64,000 nt of DNA from Macrostomum lignano (Eukaryota). The stretch covers positions 85,975 through 149,974 of the forward strand of contig NIVC01000076.1 of the NCBI GenBank assembly GCA_002269645.1, given 5' to 3'. Position numbers and translations under genes: made by a program. Under the pieces are notes generated by a model. That model made no database searches. It was not told the DNA's origin and saw only the letters and a program-made list of their open reading frames with translations. Shown in pieces: positions 25,101-36,829 of this stretch; position 1 is the first letter of the stretch; each line of letters starts with the position of its first letter.

Positions 25101-26228
25101 TCATCAACTCTCACTGATGCTTTCTGGCTTCATCGACCCATATTGATACTTAATGACGTCATCAACCCATATGGATACCTAATGACGTCATCGACCCGCA
25201 TTTATACCTAACTAATGGCGTTATTGACCACCTGATATTTGCTGATGTCATCGACCCGCATTTATACTTAATGACGTCATCGACACAACATTGATGCTTA
25301 ATGACGTCCTTGACCACCTGATATTTGCTGACGTCATCGACCCGCATTTATACTTAATGACGTCATTGACCCTCATTTCTCTGATCGATAATTACTGAGA
25401 CGTTATCAATCAATCGATCCTCGTTCTTGATACCTATAGACCTCGTTTATACGTGTCATTGATGACAGTAATAATCAAGCAGAGCTTATAAGTGACTATT
25501 CAATACAACTTTTCTGAATGATTTCAAAAAATGATTTTATTAATCAAAGTGATGATAAATAAACTTAATATTCCCTCAATCATTTGAAACGAAATCATTG
25601 ACACTTGTAGCTGGCTTATTTACTGACATCATTAACTACATTCATATTTAGCATACATGCGCAACCTAGGGGAATCGGCCGTTTGTTTCCATTGGCAACA
25701 CACACATGTAAGTGCTATTGGCTGAGAGCAGTCACGTGACTACTATTCCGTCCAATAGCGACTTACATGTGTGTTGCCAATAGAAACGGCCGGGTGAATC
25801 CCTAGGTTGCGCCCAAGCATGATATTTAGAATTTAGTTAGGCCATGATTCCAGTTCACACTACCTTAACTCGCATTGCGCAGGTGCTCTGCATTTTACGA
25901 TAAATCGGAATCGCCGCCATCCTATGCCCCCGTATTCTCTGACCGGCTAAAAGTTCGCAGTTCGTCTGCCTCATCGGCCGATTCGTCTGCTCAACGAACT
26001 CTAACAGCTTCTCAGGCTAGAGCAGCTCTGCTCAGGCCCGGCCTAGACTATTTGTCTACTGCTAATCCTCTGTCGGCCTCTCTGACACTGCCGGTGCAGA
26101 ATCATCCGGCGCTGCCATTTATTGCTGAAACTCTGGCCGAGTGTTGGACACCAGCTAGCGTTGGTAAACGGCTTAGCCCGGCCAGTCTGCACGCCAGGTT
26201 CTCGTCTTTGGCGCCAAATTTTGTTTGA
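22134..26228 (+). CDS. TGF-beta/BMP/activin receptor-like single-pass pseudokinase; exons 22134-22559, 23545-23783, 24639-24989, 25883-26228 (~453 aa)
   Basis: TM helix (FAIFLAASIGLYAGLGCLLLACIGIVW) followed by a basic stop-transfer stretch. Kinase-like motifs: IIYEAVLD, CVAKLF, CLLLELATGGCLSDQL, SWSDFCRLA, AHCRLETASFVL, LRYAAPELL, ADSYSLGLILWEVATRC, LAECW. GT-AG junctions keep the frame (phases 0, 2, 2; total 1362 nt). Confidence 0.82.
22570..23420. repeat. 21-bp-type minisatellite (CATTTTAGATTCTCTGATCCC / CATTTTAGATTCTCTAATCGC) in pseudokinase intron 1
   Basis: Direct reading; it explains the HFRFSDP and MGIRESK ORFs. Confidence 0.92.
25065..25375. repeat. Degenerate minisatellite with TGACGTCATCGACC core in pseudokinase intron 3
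   Basis: Repeated AATGACGTCATCGACCC units. Confidence 0.8.
25652..25821. mobile_element. 170-bp palindromic CAT...ATG MITE with perfect 8-bp TSD (intronic)
   Basis: CATACATGCGCAACC...GGTTGCGCCCAAGCATG; ATATTTAG at 25644-25651 and 25822-25829. Confidence 0.9.
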
Positions 26229-27039
26229 AATTTCTTTTCAATTTACCGGCTAATTAGCTGACGACGCATTAAAGCTTGATTTTTAATGCATTGTTGCTCC
26301 TGCCGCTTATTTACTTTTTAAAATAAACTCAAAAGAATGACTATGCGATTTTTTAGATTAGTTCTATAACTAATATAATACTCATTAGATGTCGAGGCCT
26401 CTCATTATCCTAACAAAATAATAGCTACTCGCGCCGTTTACCCATCGCAAACTTCAACATTAATGGAAATAGAAAATTATTATAACCCCTTCACTGCTTT
26501 GTGCAATTATGCACGAAATGTTACTTATTAAAACCATATCTACACCTGTAAGTCGATACTAGTTTATAATCATAGCCTCAAAACTAATTAGATGACGAGG
26601 CTTTTCATTAATAAGGCTAATGTATAGTTACTCTCGCCCTTTAAACCCTAAATATTCACTTGTATTTTGCCTCTACCCCTTCTCTCCCCTTCTCCTTCCT
26701 AAGAAAAAATAACACTCTCTGAAATTGGAACAGCAGCTTAATCCGATTGGTATTTGCATAGAGAAATATTAAATTTCTTCTTTTTTAACCTGCATCTAGT
26801 CAGTCCTAATCATGAAAGCAGAACGCTGAAGCTATCGGAGCCCGCCCCACGATTGCATGCCAGCTGCTTTTCGATTAACCAATTCGAATTTTATCTAGTC
26901 GCTTCTTATCCTGTTACTTGAGCTTCAACTGGTTCTTCTCTCAGCTGCTTTTTGCACAGCGATGCTGCAATGTTAATTTGGATTTTATCACTGCGCCTTT
27001 TTATTGCTTCACTGCTGTATTGTGTCAGCATGTAAGTCC

Positions 27040-27215
27040 TGTCTGTCTCTGTCTGTCTGATTGTCTGTCTTAGTACCTGTCTGTCTGTCTGTCTGTCTGT
27101 CTCTGTCTGTCTGATTGTCTGTCTTAGTACCTGTCTGTCTGTCTGTCTGTCTGATTGTCTGTCTTAGTACCTGTCTGTTTGTCTGTCTGTCTGTCTGATT
27201 GTCTGTCTTAGTACC

Positions 27216-27248
<33 letters not shown>

Positions 27249-27420
27249 GCTTTAGTACCTGCCTGACTGTCTGTCCGTCTGTCTGTCTGTCTGTCTGTCT
27301 GTCTGCTTTAGTACCTGCCTGACTGTCTGTCCGTCTGTCTGTCTGTCTGTCTGTGTGTGTGTGTGTCTGACTGTCTGTCTTTCTAGTGTCTGCCTGTCTG
27401 TCTCTTCCTATCTGCCTGTC
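27040..27420. repeat. (TGTC)n compound microsatellite
   Basis: Direct reading. Confidence 0.95.
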
Positions 27421-28804
27421 TCCCTTTGAGCCCACCAGCTGTCTGTCTGTCTTACCGCTACTGTCTCTATCTACTGTCCCCTTCATTATTCATTCGCTTG
27501 CCTAAAGTGCAACGCCCCCTAACTTGTTGATCACTTACAGCAGTGTTTAATTCGCAATCGAATTCAGCTCTATTATCTTTCATTCTGAGTGTAAACTTGT
27601 TTTTTTTATTTGAGTACTTTTTTGAGCACCAATCTTTTTAAGTCACCTCCACAGGGAATCGCGAAGTGAATATGCACTCAATAATTCATTGCTGAATCTC
27701 CGTAACTTCGTGCAGTGACTTCGTGCTAAATATTTTTCAGTACAAACTTGACCCAGTTTGCTACTCACTTGGCAGTTATTGCTGGGAGGCAATCTCTGTT
27801 GTTATAACTGTTAAATGCTTGTAACTATGGAGATTATATTTCTTCAATTCGTTGTGTACACACGCATCCTCTTCATACGAGCTTTGTTGACGGCCGATGA
27901 ATTTTCCCAATGATTTTTTATGGCTTACTATTTATTATTAGTATTAATTATTAGTCTGGTGTACATTCGTGTCTTCGTGAACAGATTTTGTACACAGTAC
28001 GTGGATGTATTTTTCTAGATAAAAGATCTAAGAAAAATTGTTTTGTGGCGTTTATACTGCAAATGAAAGTGCAATAAGTACTTTATATACTCTTTAGCTT
28101 ATATTTGTCTTGCCCGTTTTTTAACTGTTTTGTCCGCTTATAAATATGCATTGTGTACTTATTAATACAGATACTCAATAGAGTTAACTGCCACGCATAT
28201 TTGAGCATGTTCGTCTGCGTCTCTCCTATTCACTGCTGCACTTTTAACTTTGATAATACGAGTGTACTTTAATTATGGTCATTGTTGTTCTAATATATTT
28301 ATATTTGTTTTTTAAGTCATTGTCAGATTTTCTATTAGCATATTAAGTATATACCCAACACAATTCTTTTGGTACTGTTAAAATAAAGAAATAAAATTGC
28401 AAATATGCCAATCCAATAGTTTATCTTTCTCCTTTTTTATTATTGTAGAAACTAATTTCAGTTTTTTATCTCAACTTTTCTCACTTATTGTCAGTAATTT
28501 CTTTTCTATTTTTAACTTTTGTGTTTCTTTTTTTGCGTTTTTCCACTTACCTTTGGCTCTACTGTCTATTAGTGCAATTTGCGACAGAATCTAGATTATT
28601 TACTCGATAGTTTGAGTACTGACTGATGATGTTACCTTTGCAGCAGGTCAATACAAATACAGATGGACTTAATATATAGTGGCGTTATGTTAAGCAATAA
28701 AAGCTTTGCTTGTTTCATTTTATTCTACACATTTTAGTGGCTATAGCGCTTATTAGTATCCTTTTTCTGACATTTCCATTACAATCCGTGTTTTATATCC
28801 TAAT

Positions 28805-29475
28805 ATGACCCCCATTTGCATGTAGATCCTAACATGACCCCCATTTCCATGTAGATCATACCATGACCCCCGATTTACATTTAGATTCCGCAATGGCCCA
28901 CCAATTTACATTTAGATCCCACTATGGCCCACCAATTTACATTTAGATCCCACAATGGCCCACCAATTTACATTTAGATCCCACTATGGCCCACCAATTT
29001 ACATTTAGATCCCACTATGGCCCACCAATTTACATTTAGCTCCCACTATGGCCCACCAATTTACATTTAGATTCCACAATGACCCACCAATTTACATTTA
29101 GATTCTGCAATGGCCCATCAATTTACATTTAGATTCCACAATGGCCCACCAATTTACATTTAGATTCCGCAATGGCCCACCAATTTACATTTCGATTCCA
29201 CAATGGCCCACCAATTTACATTTAGATTCCGCAATGGCCCACCAATTTACATTTCGATTCCACAATGGCCCACCAATTTACATTTAGATTCCGCAATGGC
29301 CCACCAATTTACATTTAGATTCCGCTATGGCCCACCAATTTACATTTAGATTCCGCAATGGCCCACCAATTTACATTTAGATTCCACAATGGCCCACCAA
29401 TTTACATTTAGATTCCACAATGGCCCACCAATTTACATTTAGATTCCGCAATGGCCCACCAATTTACATTTAGAT
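28805..29475. repeat. 31-bp minisatellite (AATGGCCCACCAATTTACATTTAGATTCCGC)n
   Basis: About twenty tandem copies visible. Confidence 0.95.
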
Positions 29476-31768
29476 CCCTTCCGCTCCCTAAGTTGCCTTT
29501 CGCATTCTCCGTTTCCCCGTCTCTATTCGCAAAAGTTTCCCTACTTGAGCACAAACGCAGCATACATTGCTGATCATAATTTTCGCTTGCCTCATTCTCT
29601 TCCCCATTTACTTTTTTAGTTTCAATGTAGAAAAGTTTTTCAACTCGTTAAAAATCGCCCCCAAAGCTGTGCTAATTTCCCGTTTCCCTGATTTTATCAG
29701 CCTCCCCGCAAGTTCAGATCCGTTAAAAATCTACGAATTGCTGGTCTGTTTCCCAGGAGAAAATTGAAGCAATTATTGTGTCAGTTTTTTGACGAGAACA
29801 ATTTTTTCGCAGGAAACCTGCACTCATTGAAAAAGTGCACTGGTAGTTCTATATTAGTTTTATATAAAATCGATATTTACCAATACCATGTCAGCACTCT
29901 GCCTTCCCAGTCTTTTCTGTAGAGCTTTAAATTAGGGATCATAGTGTGCGTTTTTTTGGCCTATTCATTAGTAGTTAGTCATCCCGTATCCACCAATGTC
30001 CACACTGGTCAAGTGCTGCTGTACCAGTTATTAACGTTGAAGTAATTATAACCCATCGATTTATTATTTATGATACCTTGCCTGGCAGAGACGCATTATT
30101 ACATTGTATTCCAACATTCAGACTAATAGAATTCATATAGTCGTAACTGCGACTTTCGTAAGTGACCGCGTATTATAGAGGAGTCAATGTACTCTAAAAA
30201 ATCTCTTCCTTGGCTTAAATTTCCTGCAGTCAATTTTCAAGTAAAGCTTTTGTGCTGTGCTGTCGACTTCCTGTACCAGCACCAGCGCTCTTTGCTTTTC
30301 GTACTCCGCTTTGTTAATCCTATATGAGCTTAGATTCTCGGGCGTCTCCGCTAAGTAGCCATGTTAATTCTGCCGCGTCAGTTTCTTGCACCCTTGTCAA
30401 CCACTCCCTCACTAATACTGTATTGTGTTGGGTCAAAGCCGCTGCTATATGTGTGTATAGTGAAAGACTTTTCGACTCTTGACTTCTTCTTTCTTCTGGC
30501 GTTAGTTCTACAATGAAGTGGTTCCATATTCCATTACTAAACTTCCACAGCGTATGGGACAGAGTTGCAGACAGTCAATAGCTTTCGACACACACACAGA
30601 GTGCTTCCTTCTATTTGCATAAACTGCGCCGGGATAGCAAAATGATGCTGGCTGGTAGCATTATAAGACTAGTGGGCTGGCACTCACATAGAATGTACTG
30701 CGGCCCTGAGTTTCTAATCGTCAGATATGTACACTCAACACTTGCATAAAAACTGAATTACAAAAAACTATGAATTAGAAGTCCTGGAGATCTTGGAGAT
30801 GGAGATTTTCTAAGAGTGAAAGTGGCGAGTGAGTATTATTGGAGAGTGACAGGTGGCAAGCACTCAAGAATATACGGTTTCGTATTGTCTATCACAATTT
30901 TTTTCGGTAAACATTTCATGAAAGAAATAAAGAGCGAGTCAACATTCGACACATTTCATCTTTATTTGCAATTCAAAAGTCCAGATGGACGCGCTTCACG
31001 CCTTGTACGTTGCATTTGACCAGTTTGCTTGACTAGAGCTGAGTACACAAGGAGAGAATGTAGCAGAATTTTACCCAAACGAAAAAGCCGGCCGCTCAAT
31101 AAAACAAAGCTGGTTTTTTGTTAGAGTTCCCTTGGGTCCGGTCTAATCCATATTGATCTTCTGCTGTGCTCTACTCTGCTCTGCCGGTTAATCATCTATC
31201 GCAGCCGGCCTGTCCCCCCGTGCATCTCCCTTATCTTGTTCGTGCACTAGTTTCTCAATGTCCTCTCTTATGTTTTAGTCAGAAAAAAGAGCTAATCTGT
31301 ATTCTGCAACAAGCCTTAGCTAAATCCATTGGGAAATTGTCACTCACAAATTGCTATAGAGAAAAAAATGAAAAATCTACAAATTACAGCTGATTTTGGT
31401 TTGGGGCATCGGTGCTCAAATAAACCCTAAACAAAGCTTTCCGCGTACTGCCCATAGTGCTTACCTGACTGTTATAGACAATTTTTCAGTAGCGCAGCAG
31501 ACAGTTTTATTATCTTACGTTAATATTACATTATTGAGTTTATTTTTTGCCTGCAGGCATATTAGATGCAGCAACTATAGTGGACTGAATCAATAGCTGA
31601 TGATGAGAAAGATGGGTTGGAGACTGCTTGGCCAGTTAGGTCTGCGTACTTTTTGCATTCCGGCTTCTATATATAGAATCTACTTGCCCTGCGTGCATAT
31701 AAAACATCCGAATTCTCCGTCTGTCTTAGCCTTTTTGCCAACGTTCCGAATTAATTCTATTTGTGCGC

Positions 31769-31771
<3 letters not shown>

Positions 31772-31838
<67 letters not shown>
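31772..31838. repeat. (CT)n microsatellite
   Basis: Direct reading. Confidence 0.97.
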
Positions 31839-31840
<2 letters not shown>

Positions 31841-32179
31841 CCTGTCTGTCCTTCCTATTCTATGTTGCAATTCGTTTTACCTTCTAGTCCACATTGCATT
31901 GCATATTCTTAGTAGCAATTCTAATGGTTAATCCCTTTAGTACTTTTGTTTGTTGCTTTTTTGTCTTTTAAAAAGGACACGATGTCACTAAAATGGGTGA
32001 TTCAATATTAGTCACAAACTATACTTTACAACAAAACACACTCAGTATGAACCGAGAGACAACATCTGTAAGATTTTTTACTGCCAAGCTTGACACGGAT
32101 TATTATTTAAAAACATAAGCAATAGAAATTTTTAATTCAAGAGGATAACATCTTATCTAATTCAGTCTATGTTTATTCT

Positions 32180-32500
32180 CTACCTAAAGCCTATTGCAAG
32201 TCATTCTCCACCTAAAGCCATAGACTACTGCAAGTCATTCTCCACCTAAAGCCATAGACTACTGCAAGTCATCTTCTACCTAAAGCCATAGACTACTGCA
32301 AGTCATCCTCTACTTAAAGCCATAGACTACTGCAAGTCATACTCCACCTAAAGCCATAGACTACTGCAAGTCATTATCTACCTAAAGCCATAGGCTATTG
32401 CAAGTCATTCTCTACCTAAAGCCATAGACTATTGCAAGTCATTCTCCACCTAAAGCCATAGACAACTGAAGTTCATTCTCTACCTAAAGCCATAGACTAT
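32180..32500. repeat. 34-bp minisatellite (CCTAAAGCCATAGACTACTGCAAGTCATTCTCCA)n
   Basis: About nine tandem copies. Confidence 0.92.
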
Positions 32501-32648
32501 TGAAGGTCATTTTTGACGTAGAGCTAAATTTTACGTAACTAGCATTGTTACTGAGTGTGGTAATTAATTAATAAGTTATCTAGTTAACTTCACTTAGCTG
32601 CACTAAAACCCATAACTATACAATTAAAATTTCAGTTGCAAAAATACC

Positions 32649-33461
32649 ATGCACAAGCTAGTACACCTGCCAATCAATCAATTAAACGAGCACATCACCT
32701 GTCGCCTATGCCAGGGCTACCTGATTGACGCTACTACCATAGTAGAATGCTTGCACGCCTTCTGTCGCTCGTGCCTATTGACCCATCTGACTCAGCAGCA
32801 CGCCTGTCCAGTATGCGATATCCAGCTGCACAAAGGCGATCCATACCGCGCCATCCGCCTAGACCGGGCGCTGCAATCGCTCGTGTACAAACTCGTGCCC
32901 GGCCTATTCAAATCTGAGATGACTCGTCGCCGTCAGTTCTACGTTGAGCATCCTTCGGCTGGGTCTGACCGAGCTTTGAGTCCGGAGAAACGCGGCGATT
33001 TATTAGCGCCAGAGACTGCTAGCCTAGTCCAGGACGACGAACGGGTGTCCTTGTCGCTTGAACTGGCCGACACTAAGCGAATCCGTAATGGCCGACTGCT
33101 CAGAACTGATTGCGTTGATCAGACTCGGGCTTGTTACCTGCTAGCGCCCGCCTGTCTTACTGTGCAACAGTTGCAAAAATTTCTGCGATTGAAACTGGAC
33201 CTACGACCGACTCAGTCTATTGCAATATTCTACACTGAGGACTGTTTGCACGCCGACTTCTCTATTATGGATATTGCCTACGTGTACGCTTGGCGTAGGA
33301 AAGGACCTTTGAGACTGTTTTACACCGTGCTTGAGTCGGCTGCCGCTAGGGCATCTGCTGGAGCTGCTGCTGCGGCTGCTGCTGCTGGCTGTCCCAGCTC
33401 AACTTTTGGGTTGAGCAGCTGTTCCGCTAGCGACAGCGGGGCTGATGCCAATTCCAGCTGA
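32649..33461 (+). CDS. BMI1: Polycomb group RING finger protein, BMI1/PCGF2/4 (Psc)-like, 270 aa, single coding exon
   Basis: RING CRLCQGYLIDATTIVECLHAFCRSC...CPVCD; RLDRALQSLVYKLVPGLFKSEM.RRRQFY; RAWUL domain ending IMDIAYVYAWRRKGPLRLFY.V, all close to recalled BMI1. Exact orthology (BMI1 versus PCGF2) is not resolvable by eye. Confidence 0.9.
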   Translation: MHKLVHLPINQLNEHITCRLCQGYLIDATTIVECLHAFCRSCLLTHLTQQHACPVCDIQLHKGDPYRAIRLDRALQSLVYKLVPGLFKSEMTRRRQFYVEHPSAGSDRALSPEKRGDLLAPETASLVQDDERVSLSLELADTKRIRNGRLLRTDCVDQTRACYLLAPACLTVQQLQKFLRLKLDLRPTQSIAIFYTEDCLHADFSIMDIAYVYAWRRKGPLRLFYTVLESAAARASAGAAAAAAAAGCPSSTFGLSSCSASDSGADANSS

Positions 33462-34244
33462 GGTGCAGTGCAAGCTTGGGGTTTTTTGGCTAGGGTGATG
33501 GCTTTCATCTTCAGATTACAAAGTCTAGAGCAGGGGTGTCCGGCCCCCCGCGAAGCCTCTATCCGGCCCTTGGTTACTTTGAAACTTCACCATAGCAATC
33601 CAGCCCTCTCGAGGCTTCTCTTTTCAGCTCTCTCTTCTCTTCTTCTCTGCTCTCTCCCTTCTCTGCTCTCAGTCACCTCTCTTCTTTGATCTTCTCTCTC
33701 CCCTTTTCTTTTCTCTCTCCCCCTTCTCTCCCCTCTCCCCTCTTCTCTCATCTCTCATCTCCTCTTTCCTTTTCTCTCTACTCCCTTCCCTCTCCTTTCA
33801 TTCGGCTTGCAGCCATGAGCAAGATTAATTATCTGGCCATTGAGGCAAGTAACTTTGCCGACCCCTTGTTGTAACTCAAAAACGATCAGTTAAAATTCGA
33901 CAAATCTGTTCGGATTGTCGATGGAACTCTTGCAGAATCTTTAATCTTATGTATTCTTCAACTATTGCTCATGTTAATAGGAAAGAATTGTAATTTTTGT
34001 ATCATAATTGTGCTTATGAAATTGCATAATCTACTGTTGAAAAATGAATCTCTTTCCTGTTCTATTATTAGTGAATGTTAGCCGCATGTTTCTTTGCCTA
34101 CAATTGTGGAAATAATTGCGCTAAAAACTCTCTCGATATCTTTATTTTCTCAGTCCTATTTTCTAGAGCACATATTTGCCTGAGTTGCTTTGGCCTGACA
34201 ACTAAATAGATTGGCTGATTAATATGCAATTCCATCTGCTGCAT

Positions 34245-35007
34245 AGTAGTATAGTATCTAGCTGTGTACTAGTAGTATAGTATCTAGCTGTGTACTAGTA
34301 GTATAGTATCTAGCTGTGTACTAGTAGTATAGTATCTAGCTGTGTACTAGTAGTATAGTATCTAGCTGTGTACTAGTAGTATAGTATCTAGCTGTGTACT
34401 AGTAGTATAGTATCTAGCTGTGTACTAGTAGTATAGTATCTAGCTGTGTACTAGTAGTATAGTATCTAGCTGTGTACTAGTAGTATAGTATCTAGCTGTG
34501 TACTAGTAGTATAGTATCTAGCTGTGTACTAGTAGTATAGTATCTAGCTGTGTACTAGTAGTATAGTATCTAGCTGTGTACTAGTAATATAGTATCTAGC
34601 TGTGTACTAGTAGTATAGTATCTAGCTGTGTACTAGTAGTATAGTATCTAGCTGTGTACTAGTAGTATAGTATCTAGCTGTGTACTAGTAGTATAGTATC
34701 TAGCTGTGTACTAGTAGTATAGTATCTAGCTGTGTACTAGTAGTATAGTATCTAGCTGTGTACTAGTAGTATAGTATCTAGCTGTGTACTAGTAGTATAG
34801 TATCTAGCTGTGTACTAGTAGTATAGTATCTAGCTGTGAACTAGTAGTATAGTATCTAGCTGTGTACTAGTAGTATAGTATCTAGCTGTGTACTAGTAGT
34901 ATAGTATCTAGCTGTGTACTAGTAGTATAGTATCTAGCTGTGTACTAGTAGTATAGTATCTAGCTGTGTACTAGTAGTATAGTATCTAGCTGTGTACTAG
35001 TAGTATA
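34245..35007. repeat. Near-perfect 26-bp satellite (TAGTAGTATAGTATCTAGCTGTGTAC)n
   Basis: About 29 copies with only two visible substitutions. Confidence 0.97.
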
Positions 35008-35454
35008 GAACCAATTAGAAGCTAAGATCAATTTTCAACTTCCTGTATAGATAGACCGAGACAAACTGGTATTGCTACTATCAGCCCTAATTATATGGGT
35101 AATTATTGCTGGTAAAAATGCTTATCTGATGTGCATTATATAGCCCTTTGTGTACTTTAAGCTTTGTCGGTTAATTTAAACTTTGAGTGCATCGTTATTA
35201 ATGGCTTTTTAATGACTGAATTCGGGTACTTATCTGTAAATTGTCAGTGTGAAATTTTACTTTTCAGTTCTTCTCCAATTTTTATAGGTTTTTACTTATT
35301 TGCTGCAGGTAAACTATATTTTCGCTCTTTTATTTTTATTATTTAGTCTTTTATAGCCAACTAATTGTTTTTTATTCTGTTTGCCATGTTCTTTGTATAT
35401 TGTCTTTCTTTATTGCTTTTTACTTTATTGTAAAATTGGCTGTATGTGTGTCTG

Positions 35455-35700
35455 TGACCGTCTGTCTGTCTGTCCGTCTGTCTTTCTGCCTGTCTGTCTG
35501 TCTCTCTGTCTGTGTGTCTTAGTGTCTTAGTATCTGGTTGTCTGCCTGCCTGTCTGTCCGTCTGTCTGTCTGTCTGCCTTGTCTCTGTCTGTCTGTGTGT
35601 CTGTCTGTCTGTATGTGTCTGTCTGTCTGCCTTGTCTCTGTCTGTCTGTGTGTCTGTCTGTCTGTATGTGTCTGTCTGTCTTTCTCTGTCTGCCTGTGTA
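35455..35700. repeat. (TCTG/TGTG)n compound microsatellite
   Basis: Direct reading. Confidence 0.95.
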
Positions 35701-36829
35701 TCGGTTTCCCTGCCAAGATTGTGCACGCTGTGCCAAGACGCCAGTTTTATGTTATGCTAAAAAGAATTGGAAAAGCATCATCAATGCGGTTTCATATGAA
35801 AATTTGCAATTTTAGGCTTCACAGCCTAAAGCTTTAGCATTAATGTTCCAAATACGCTCGTACTTTGTTGCAGTGCACTGTCGCCAAGCGCATGCTCATT
35901 TTGTTGTTATGCAAACTTTTTTGAATGGCTTTGAATTGCTAATATTGCTAAAATGGAGTGCTAAAATAACTTTTTATTACAAGGTTTCTGATCTGCGCCT
36001 TTTGATTCAAGCAGTTCGCAGTGGCTATGTGAATTTTTATGCTGTTAGTAGTTGGCGCGCGTTTTTACTGCTTTTTATTTTTATAATCTTTACTGCTCAC
36101 CACCTGTATAGCTTTACAGGATGTAAGTTTTTCTCTGCAACGCAGCGACTGTTGAATTTACAAAATAAAATTTGCGTAATAAAAAATTAGGGTATTAACT
36201 ATTATGTATATATAATATACTAAGTAACTTTTTTAAAGCGCATTTAGAAATATATATTTCTTCTGTTTTGGTTTTGTTGTATTGTTTTTGCAGTATAATG
36301 TTATTATATTCATATTTTATTATAAATGGCCTGTCACTTGGAGAAATTTGCAAAATAACAAAGGAAAGAGGATTTACATTACATTAGGCGCATATTTTAG
36401 TACACATAGGGAAGTTATTGTTTTTTGGAGTATTTGAGACTTAGGTTCAGACGACTGGCCTGAATAATCAGGGAATTTGCTTTTAGATACAAGGGTTTAT
36501 AAAGCCAGTTAAAGCAATAAAAATCTGCTAATCAATGACAGTCTATTTTATAAAAACCTTTGCACACGGGTAGCATGACGACAGCACCGGAACTGAAAAC
36601 CGTGCAAGAATCACATTATTATGAATTCTAGATGAGCCAGTGCGAAGAAAAGTTCCTGTTTAAACTACTTTCTTTTGGGCATATGAAGTGCAAATAACTG
36701 CCAGATTTTGCAATGGGAAGACGTCAGATTTTTATGTTTTCGGCCGCAGGCAAATACTCAAAACCAATTAAAACTGAGATTTCGCTTTGACTATGCAATA
36801 GAATTCCCAGTGCTTTTAGGCCAACCTGT

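Noticed and set aside
28805-29475. CRISPR-like regular repeats (also 7719-8175 and 34245-35007)
   Set aside because: Head-to-tail tandem units with no unique spacers, no cas genes, and a eukaryotic context.
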